Shown in pieces: positions 57,331-64,000 of a DNA stretch of 64,000 nucleotides. Position 1 is the stretch's first letter; each line of letters starts with the position of its first letter. Source of the stretch: Candidatus Latescibacterota bacterium (GTDB lineage Bacteria > Latescibacterota > UBA2968 > UBA8231). The DNA lies in contig OZ241889.1 in the NCBI GenBank assembly GCA_965203355.1, forward strand, positions 2,784,001-2,848,000, in the 5' to 3' direction. The position numbers and the translations under genes are program-made. The notes beneath the pieces are model-generated. The model ran no database searches. It saw nothing but the letters and a program-made list of their open reading frames with translations, and had not been told where the DNA came from.

Positions 57331-57759
57331 TCAGAAGTTCAAGTCGGCCAAAAGCACGGTCCAAGGAAGGGAAGCGACTTTGCGGTACAAGTCCCTGTCG
57401 CTGGTCACGGCTTGGCAGCGCAGATGGGCGCCTAAGGCAATGAAGCCAGCGGCGTACATGCTGATGGAATGCTCAAAGGCGATTTGTGTGGCTTTGCGGG
57501 TAATCTCGGCATTGTAGGGCACAATATCCAAGTGCATGTACTCCAAGCTGGCCAAGGCATCGTCGATATGGGTGCGGTCGAATTGACGGCTTTCTTTGAG
57601 GACATGGGCTAGTTCGTATATAGATTGATCGAGCACGGTCAGCCCTATTCTTTCCGCTAGCTGCTCTTGGCGAAGGCCAAGTGCCCTGTGGGTATCCACA
57701 TCCTGCGCTGGAGAAAACCACCTCAGCATAATGGAGGTATCTAGCGCGTAGCGAATCAC
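57331..57759 (-). CDS. vapC: PIN domain (VapC-like) toxin
   Basis: LDTSIMLRWF, YELAHVL, VTSDRDL; overlaps the upstream RHH gene. Confidence 0.82.
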   Translation of the reverse strand: MIRYALDTSIMLRWFSPAQDVDTHRALGLRQEQLAERIGLTVLDQSIYELAHVLKESRQFDRTHIDDALASLEYMHLDIVPYNAEITRKATQIAFEHSISMYAAGFIALGAHLRCQAVTSDRDLYRKVASLPWTVLLADLNF

Positions 57760-58013
57760 CGCGCTTTCCTTTCCGCACGTAGGATCTTAAGAGGCTCCCA
57801 AGGCAGTGCCTTTTCGCGCAAGCTGTCTTGGAGGGCCATTCCGTGTTCAATAGCGGCCTGTTTTCGCTGGTACTCATAGGTTGCTTCTCGTTGCTGGCAG
57901 TACGCCATAAAAGCTAGGCGCAGGAGTTTGCTGCGGCTGACGCCTTCCTGCTGCGCAACTTGATCGATGCGTTTGAGCAGATCGTCCGGCAGCATGATAT
58001 TTACGCGCGCCAT
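57756..58013 (-). CDS. CopG/RHH antitoxin (VapB-like)
   Basis: RVNIMLPDDLLKRIDQVAQQEGVSRSKLLR; 4-nt overlap with the PIN gene. Confidence 0.85.
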   Translation of the reverse strand: MARVNIMLPDDLLKRIDQVAQQEGVSRSKLLRLAFMAYCQQREATYEYQRKQAAIEHGMALQDSLREKALPWEPLKILRAERKAR

Positions 58014-58140
58014 AAGCCCCTTTCCTTTTATCTGACAAGCGACGCGAAGTTGCCAAATTAGCCTTGCCCCAATCGGCTGTCAAGACGGTCCTCTTGCCTT
58101 AGTTTGGGCCGGTCTTTAATGTTACAATTGGGATTAGAGC

Positions 58141-59091
58141 ATGAAAAATCATCTGAAAATATTGTCGGGTTCCAGCAATCCACAGCTAGCCCAAGAAATA
58201 TGTGATTACTTAGACATCGCGCCCGCGCGCCGCCAGATCGTCCGGGCACCAAACGACAATATAAAGGTTAAAATCGAGGAGAACGTGCGCGAAGATGACG
58301 TCTTCGTCGTCCAGACCTCATCATCTCCAGTCAATCATCATTTTGTTGAGTTGCTGTTGCTAATTGACGCGCTCAAATACGCGTCGTCGCGCCGAATCAC
58401 GGCGGTGTTGCCCTATTATCCGTATGTGCGCTCCGACAAAAAGGACGAACCGCGCATTTCCATTAGCGCCCGTCTCGTCGCCGACTTGCTCCAAGCCGCC
58501 GGGGCCGACCGGATCTTGACCATTGCCTTGCACAGTCCGCAAATCGCAGCGTTCTCGCGCATTCCGGTGGACCAATTGTGGGCGACAAGCCTCCTGTGCC
58601 ATTTTATGCGGCTGAAGGGCCTCGGTAACGCCGTGGTGGTGTCGCCCGACGTGGGCAGTGCCGATGAAGCTAGCGCGTACGCGCGCCGGCTAGGTTTGCC
58701 GTTGGCCATTATGGACAAACGCCGCCACGCGGACGACGAAAAAGCCGAGATTAAAAGCATGATAGGCGAGGTCGCCGGTCGCGATGCCTTGCTTTTTGAC
58801 GACGAGGTGCTGACCGGGGGCTCCATGATGCAGTCGATCGAGGTGCTCAAAGAAAGGGGAGCACACCGCATACTGGCGGGCTGTACGCACGGCGTTTTTT
58901 CCGGACAGGCCTTAGCGAGAATAGACGCCTCACCCGTAGAATTATTCGCCACTACGAATACCATTCCCTTGCCTGCGGACAAGCCAAGGCGCAAAATCGC
59001 CGTGCTGAGCGTCGCTCGGTTGTTGGGGGATGCAATCAAAGCCATTCACCATGGCGAGTCAGTGAGCCGCTTGATTGAATGGGGGGACTAA
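58141..59091 (+). CDS. prs: Ribose-phosphate pyrophosphokinase
   Basis: ENVREDDVF, PYYPYVRSDKK, VSPDVG, MDKRR, DDEVLTGGS, CTHG. Confidence 0.92.
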   Translation: MKNHLKILSGSSNPQLAQEICDYLDIAPARRQIVRAPNDNIKVKIEENVREDDVFVVQTSSSPVNHHFVELLLLIDALKYASSRRITAVLPYYPYVRSDKKDEPRISISARLVADLLQAAGADRILTIALHSPQIAAFSRIPVDQLWATSLLCHFMRLKGLGNAVVVSPDVGSADEASAYARRLGLPLAIMDKRRHADDEKAEIKSMIGEVAGRDALLFDDEVLTGGSMMQSIEVLKERGAHRILAGCTHGVFSGQALARIDASPVELFATTNTIPLPADKPRRKIAVLSVARLLGDAIKAIHHGESVSRLIEWGD

Positions 59092-59094
59092 TTG

Positions 59095-59256
59095 ATGGCC
59101 AGCAAATTGAGTATATTAGCTGAGTTATGGGATTTTATGAAGGTGCGTAAAAAGTGGTGGTTGGGGCCGATATTTTTCACTTTGATTCTGTTGGGATTGT
59201 TAATAGTCTCGACCCAAGGGTCGGCTGTGGCTCCCTTTATTTACGCGCTGTTTTAA
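59095..59256 (+). CDS. DUF5989 (SxtK-like) small membrane protein
   Basis: Not in the ORF track. MASKLSILAELWDFMKVRKKWWLGPIFFTLILLGLLIVSTQGSAVAPFIYALF*. Confidence 0.87.
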   Translation: MASKLSILAELWDFMKVRKKWWLGPIFFTLILLGLLIVSTQGSAVAPFIYALF

Positions 59257-59280
59257 GTTCTATAACCTATAATATGTAAA

Positions 59281-59793
59281 ATGAAAATAAAAAGCCTAAT
59301 CCGAGAAATCCCCAATTTCCCGCAAGACGGCGTCTCCTACAAAGACATCACGCCGCTGCTCAAAGACCCCGCTGGTTTATCCGCTGCGGTCCAAGCGATG
59401 CTCGGCCCCTTTGTGGACGCCGAAGTGGACCTAGTCGTCGGCATAGAGGCCCGCGGATTCGTATTCGCGGCGCCTATGGCACTCGAATTGGGCTGCGGTT
59501 TTGTGCCGGTGCGCAAAGTAGGTAAGCTGCCGGCGGCTACGCTGAGTCGCGATTACGCCCGCGAATACGGCGCGGCGACCTTAGAAATCCACACTGATGC
59601 CCTCGCATCGGGGCAAAAGGTGTTGGTTGTGGATGACGTTTTGGCCACCGGCGGGACCTTGGCGACGACGTGTCAAGTACTCAAAGAACTAGGAGCGGTT
59701 GTCGCGGGTATCAGCGTTTTGGCCGAGTTGAGCTTTCTGTCGGGCCGCGACCGCTTGGCTGGGTACAAATTGGAAAGCACTATCGTCTATTGA
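59281..59793 (+). CDS. apt: Adenine phosphoribosyltransferase
   Basis: IPNFPQDGVSYKDITPLL, GIEARGF, RKVGKLP, VVDDVLATGGT. Confidence 0.95.
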   Translation: MKIKSLIREIPNFPQDGVSYKDITPLLKDPAGLSAAVQAMLGPFVDAEVDLVVGIEARGFVFAAPMALELGCGFVPVRKVGKLPAATLSRDYAREYGAATLEIHTDALASGQKVLVVDDVLATGGTLATTCQVLKELGAVVAGISVLAELSFLSGRDRLAGYKLESTIVY

Positions 59794-59829
59794 AACCCGA
59801 ACCTAAAACAATGGAGACACTATACTTTC

Positions 59830-60498
59830 ATGTCGAGTGAACGCCGTAAACTGAGCAAGAGCGAACTCCGCGAAGATGAGTTCGTCGAAAGGATCATGGA
59901 AGCGGTCGAATACGTCAAAGAACACGCCCGGCTGTTTGTCTATGGGGCTGTTGCCGCGATCGCGGTCATTGTGGCCATCCATTATTTTATCGAATCCAAG
60001 GAGGCCGATCGGCTCAAAGCGGCCGCCCTGCTCGGCGATGTGCTGATGGTCGAACAGGGCGGCGAGCTGACCGAAGCGATCGGCCTAGCCGAAGAGTTGG
60101 TTTCCTCCTACGCCGGGACCCCGGCCGCAGCCCAAGGGACCGTGCTCTTGGCCAATCTTCACTACGCGCAGGGCCGTTATGTTGAGGCTCGGGGCTATTA
60201 CCAAAGCTATTTGGACAACTACGATCCTTTGGATGTGTTAGCCTATGCAGCCCAAAGCGGCCTAGGGGCCTGCCTCGAAGCCGAAGGGCAGCTTGCGGCT
60301 GCGGCTCAGCACTACGAAACCTATGCAGCCGCGCAAGCCGGGACCATCCGCGAGGCCATGGCGCGGATGGAAGCAGCCCGCATATATGGGTTGGCCGGCG
60401 AAAGCGGCAAGCAACAGGCCCTACTCGAACAGGTCAGTCGCACGTTCGCCCAGTACCCAATTGCCGCGCAAGCCCGAGCGGCACTAGCCCTGTTCTAA
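59830..60498 (+). CDS. YfgM-like membrane-anchored TPR protein
   Basis: ELREDEF N-terminus, one TM segment, YAGTPAA, TPR helices. Confidence 0.75.
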   Translation: MSSERRKLSKSELREDEFVERIMEAVEYVKEHARLFVYGAVAAIAVIVAIHYFIESKEADRLKAAALLGDVLMVEQGGELTEAIGLAEELVSSYAGTPAAAQGTVLLANLHYAQGRYVEARGYYQSYLDNYDPLDVLAYAAQSGLGACLEAEGQLAAAAQHYETYAAAQAGTIREAMARMEAARIYGLAGESGKQQALLEQVSRTFAQYPIAAQARAALALF

Positions 60499-60503
60499 AG
60501 GAG

Positions 60504-61433
60504 TTGTTGATGGGCCGTGCTGATCTCAAGGTTTTCGCCGGGCGGAGCAATCCCGCACTAGCTGAGGGCATTTATCAGTCGTTAGCCATTGAGCCAGGGC
60601 GCATCGATTTTATCGACTTTAGCAACGAAAACATAAAGGTGAAGATTTGCGAAAACGTGCGCGGCCGCGATGTGTTCTTTATCCAAACTTCGTGTCCGCC
60701 CGTTAGCGATCATTTGATGGAGTTGCTCATAGCGCTCGACGCCCTAAAATACGCCTCGGCTGGCCGCATCACCGCGGTCTTGCCCTATTATCCGTATGCG
60801 CTGGCCGATAGCAAGGACGAGCCGAGAATTTCCGTGACGGGTCGCTTAGTGGCCGACCTGATTGCCGAGGCCGGGGCGGACCGCATTCTCACCATGACTT
60901 TACATAGCCCGCAGACTATGGGTTTTAGCCGGATTCTAGTGGATCAGCTAAGCGGCGTCCCGGCCATATGCTCCTACTACGCCGACCTCGACCGCGGTAA
61001 TTTGGTCGTGGCCGCCCCGGACATCAGCCGCGCCAAGGTCTCCGAAATCTACGCCCAGCGGCTGGGGTTGCCCCTCGTGGTCGTCGACCAAGCGGCCGGG
61101 GAAAACAGGGTTATTGGCGACGTGGCGGACCGCGATGTCGTATTCTTCGACGATGCGATTATTACTGGTGATTCCATCCTCAAGGGAGCGACCGCGGTCA
61201 AGGAACACGGGGCGCACAAAGTCTATGCTGGCTGCGTCCACGGGACCTTAACCAAAGAGACGATAGCGCGGCTGGATACATTCAACTTCCAAGCCTTAGC
61301 CATTACCGATACGATCCCCTTGCCGACAGCCGCCCGCACCCCTATGGTGCAGGTGTGCTCCGTAGCCTCGCTCTTTGCCAGGGCCATCCGCGCCATTCAC
61401 GAAGAAACGTCCATCAGCGCACTATTCAACTGA
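60504..61433 (+). CDS. Second, degenerate PRPP synthetase paralog
   Basis: ENVRGRDVF, ALKYASAGRITAVLPYYPY, ITDTIP; the catalytic-loop KR residues are absent. Confidence 0.85.
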   Translation: MLMGRADLKVFAGRSNPALAEGIYQSLAIEPGRIDFIDFSNENIKVKICENVRGRDVFFIQTSCPPVSDHLMELLIALDALKYASAGRITAVLPYYPYALADSKDEPRISVTGRLVADLIAEAGADRILTMTLHSPQTMGFSRILVDQLSGVPAICSYYADLDRGNLVVAAPDISRAKVSEIYAQRLGLPLVVVDQAAGENRVIGDVADRDVVFFDDAIITGDSILKGATAVKEHGAHKVYAGCVHGTLTKETIARLDTFNFQALAITDTIPLPTAARTPMVQVCSVASLFARAIRAIHEETSISALFN

Positions 61434-61438
61434 GGCAG

Positions 61439-62167
61439 GTGCCCTTGAAGATCGCAGTGCTTGCCGATATTCACGCCAATCTCGAAGCGCTAGAGGCCGT
61501 ATTAATCGCTGCGGCCAACGCCGGGGCCGAGCGCATTATTTGCTTGGGGGACATCGTGGGATATGGTCCCGACCCTTTGGGTTGTATCTATCGGCTCAAG
61601 GAGGTAGAAGCCCAGCTCGTATTGGGCAACCACGACCAAGCGATGCTAGAGCCGGTGCGCATTCAGTCTTTTAATCTGTTGGCCCGTCCTTCGCTCTACC
61701 AAGCCTGCGAGATGTTGGGGGAAGAAGAACGCGATTTTTTGCGGCAAGGAACCTTTCGGCGCGTGGAGCGCAACGCGGCTTTGTCCCACGCCAACCCCCT
61801 TAAGCCCGAAGAATGGGAACCCCTTCTCCTGTACGAGCGCGTCGCTTGGTGTATGCGCCATCTCAAATGGCCCTTGGCTTTTGTCGGCCACACGCACGAG
61901 GCGCGCATTTACTGCAAAATGAGAGACGCTCCCATACCGCTGACTTCGGCTATGGCTGCCGTCGGCAATCACCAGTTCTTGGTTTCCGTCGGCAGTGTCG
62001 GTCAACCTCGCGATGGCGACTGGCGGTCGGCATACACCCTGTGGGATACCGACGAACAATGGGTCGAACTCCAGCGCGTCGAATACCCGGTCCAGATGAC
62101 CCAGCAGAAGATCGACAACCTTGGCTATCCCAGCTACCTAGCCTGGCGCCTCGCCAAAGGGGAGTAG
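61439..62167 (+). CDS. Metallophosphoesterase (YfcE-like)
   Basis: DIHAN, GDIVGYG, GNHD, GHTH, GSVGQPRDG; start at GTG 61439 or TTG 61445. Confidence 0.92.
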   Translation: MPLKIAVLADIHANLEALEAVLIAAANAGAERIICLGDIVGYGPDPLGCIYRLKEVEAQLVLGNHDQAMLEPVRIQSFNLLARPSLYQACEMLGEEERDFLRQGTFRRVERNAALSHANPLKPEEWEPLLLYERVAWCMRHLKWPLAFVGHTHEARIYCKMRDAPIPLTSAMAAVGNHQFLVSVGSVGQPRDGDWRSAYTLWDTDEQWVELQRVEYPVQMTQQKIDNLGYPSYLAWRLAKGE

Positions 62168-62184
62168 GCAGGGGCTGGTCGCAC

Positions 62185-63090
62185 ATGCGGGGCCGCATCA
62201 TCAGAGTTTCTGGGTTACAGTGCCTCGTCGAGGTTGAGCAAAGTCACTGGCAGTGCAAAATTAGGGGCCGTCTCAAGGCCGGGGACCGCAAGACGAGCTC
62301 GCCGGTCGTTGCCGGCGACTGGGTTGAGATCGCGCCTATAGCTGAACGGACGGGCATCATTGAAGCGGTACACACTCGCTCTTCCAAGTTCTCGCGTGGG
62401 GCCAGCGGAACGCGCCCGTTTGAGCAGATCCTCTTTGTCAACATGGAGCAATTGTTCGTCGTCGTAGCGGCCAGTCAACCCAAGCCCCGCCGCGGCTTTA
62501 TCGACCGTGCGATTGTCATGGCCATAAAAGGGAATCTCCAGCCCGTAGTCTGCATCAACAAGGTTGATTTAGTCTCCCAAGAAGCGGTGAACGCGCTGAC
62601 GGGCCCCTACGAGGCACTTGGTTATCCAATCTATCGCACTAGTGCTCTACGAGGCGATGGCATGGATTCATTCAAAGCAGCCCTGATCAACCGCAGCACA
62701 GCCGTGGTCGGCCAATCTGGGGTCGGCAAATCGACCTTGCTCAACAGCGTTGAGCCGAGGTTGGGGCTAAAGACCAAAGAAATAATGACGCGCCACGACC
62801 GGGGCCGACACACGACCCCGGTCGTGCATTTGTTTAAGTTGCAACAAGGCGGCTATGTGGCCGATACACCAGGGGTTAAAGAACTCCGCTTATGGGGGGT
62901 AAAATCCGCTGAACTAGCCGAGTACTATCCCGAATTAGAACCCCTGCGCGGCCAGTGCCAATTTGGCGATTGTAGCCACTTGCACGAACCTGGTTGTGCG
63001 GTCCGGGTGGCGGTGGCAACCGGCCGCATCGCGAAGGCGCGCTACGAAGGGTATCGGCGCATCTTCGAAAGCTTGAGTAGCGATGAGTGA
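62185..63090 (+). CDS. rsgA: Ribosome small subunit-dependent GTPase A
   Basis: VAGDWV, NKVD, GQSGVGKST, GRHTT, DTPG, CQFGDCSHLHEPGC; start set at ATG 62185. Confidence 0.95.
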   Translation: MRGRIIRVSGLQCLVEVEQSHWQCKIRGRLKAGDRKTSSPVVAGDWVEIAPIAERTGIIEAVHTRSSKFSRGASGTRPFEQILFVNMEQLFVVVAASQPKPRRGFIDRAIVMAIKGNLQPVVCINKVDLVSQEAVNALTGPYEALGYPIYRTSALRGDGMDSFKAALINRSTAVVGQSGVGKSTLLNSVEPRLGLKTKEIMTRHDRGRHTTPVVHLFKLQQGGYVADTPGVKELRLWGVKSAELAEYYPELEPLRGQCQFGDCSHLHEPGCAVRVAVATGRIAKARYEGYRRIFESLSSDE

Positions 63091-64000
63091 ACTGACCATC
63101 GAGGATCTGCTGGCCACCTACGGGCAGCAACTACGGCTGAAGCTCAGTGCCGGTGCTGAGGGACTACCGCGAACTATCAACAACAGCGACATCCACCGCC
63201 CTGGTTTGGCCCTAATGGGTTTTGTCGAGCTGTTTACTCTCGATCAAGTACAGCTCTTGGGCAATACGGAAGCAGAGTACTTGCGCACCTTGTCCGCAGA
63301 CAGACGGCGGCAGGCACTCAAAATCATATATCAATTTGATATTCCATGCGTGGTTTGGACCGGTAGGGGACGGATGTTTCCCGAGTTGCGACAGCTCGCC
63401 GACGAGTGTGCGGTGCCCCTGCTGAAGTCTGGATTCAACACAGCCGAGTTCACCCATCTTATCCGTTTTTACCTCGACGAGGTGTTCGCGCCCCAAATAT
63501 CCATGCACGGGACACTCGTGGATGTCTCTGGGGTAGGGTTGCTCTTTCGCGGTCGCAGCGGCATTGGCAAAAGTGAGGTCGCCTTGGATTTGGTCGAGCG
63601 CGGACATCGGCTGGTAGCCGACGATGTGGTCATCATCAATCGCAAGCCCCAAGGCATTCTGGTGGGCTGTAGCTCGGAAATGCTCCAAGACCACATCGAA
63701 ATTCGCGGCATCGGTATCCTAGATGTAAAAAAGATGTTTGGCGCGTGGAGGACTCGGCGGCAGAAGCGGGTGGAGCTAGTGGTCAACCTCGTTGATTGGG
63801 ACGAAAAATACGCCTACGAACGCCTTGGTCTTGAAGACAATAAGGTGGCAATCCTCGGCGTCGAGGTGCCCGAGGTCTTTATCCCGCTGTTTCCGGGTAA
63901 AAATATCACGGTGCTCGCCGAGACCATAGCGATAGATTATCTCTTGCGTTTGGACGGGGAGTACGCGGCACGGACCTTGAGCGACCGGCTCCAAGAGCGG
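63083..64000 (+). CDS. hprK: HPr kinase/phosphorylase, truncated by the window edge
   Basis: Not in the ORF track. MSELTIEDLL..IHRPGLALMGF..HGTLVDVSGVG..GRSGIGKSEVALDLVERGHRLVADD..IEIRGIGI. Confidence 0.95.
   Translation, partial: MSELTIEDLLATYGQQLRLKLSAGAEGLPRTINNSDIHRPGLALMGFVELFTLDQVQLLGNTEAEYLRTLSADRRRQALKIIYQFDIPCVVWTGRGRMFPELRQLADECAVPLLKSGFNTAEFTHLIRFYLDEVFAPQISMHGTLVDVSGVGLLFRGRSGIGKSEVALDLVERGHRLVADDVVIINRKPQGILVGCSSEMLQDHIEIRGIGILDVKKMFGAWRTRRQKRVELVVNLVDWDEKYAYERLGLEDNKVAILGVEVPEVFIPLFPGKNITVLAETIAIDYLLRLDGEYAARTLSDRLQER

Noticed and set aside
63212-63994. Minus-strand ORFs at the window end
   Set aside because: They are shadows of hprK, which runs off the window on the plus strand.

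Overview
A gene-dense, GC-rich bacterial chromosome segment. A PorV-like beta-barrel, DUF6785/OPT-like transporters, an Rpn protein, bS22 and HprK suggest an FCB-side lineage such as Latescibacterota; this is inferred from gene content only. Housekeeping content includes ftsH, gdhA, cysC, pyrH, purB, mreBC, HU, three tRNAs, ychF, thrC, metB, prs, apt, rsgA and hprK. No CRISPR array, rRNA, integrase or IS was seen. The best candidate for an undescribed system is a translationally coupled trio of large membrane-protein genes at 18.3-28.1 kb: a DUF6785/6784-like protein, a ~1470-aa fusion of a degenerate nicalin/nicastrin-like M28 ectodomain with an FtsX/MacB-type permease, and an OPT-like transporter carrying inserted CCCH, FN3-like, DxDGD and PDZ-like modules. 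It runs directly into a J-domain/CesT-like/PspA/amine oxidase/aminopropyltransferase/DUF4178/DUF350 cluster. Other items of note: McrBC with a DUF1802-like N-terminal domain, an Rpn gene with an internal RBS and start, a plant-type thrC-CGS pair, a degenerate second prs, an orphan aldolase with a microcompartment encapsulation-like tail, and a TPAT transporter linked to a lipoprotein peptidase. Four genes absent from the ORF track were read by hand. All family calls come from motif recognition, not database searches.
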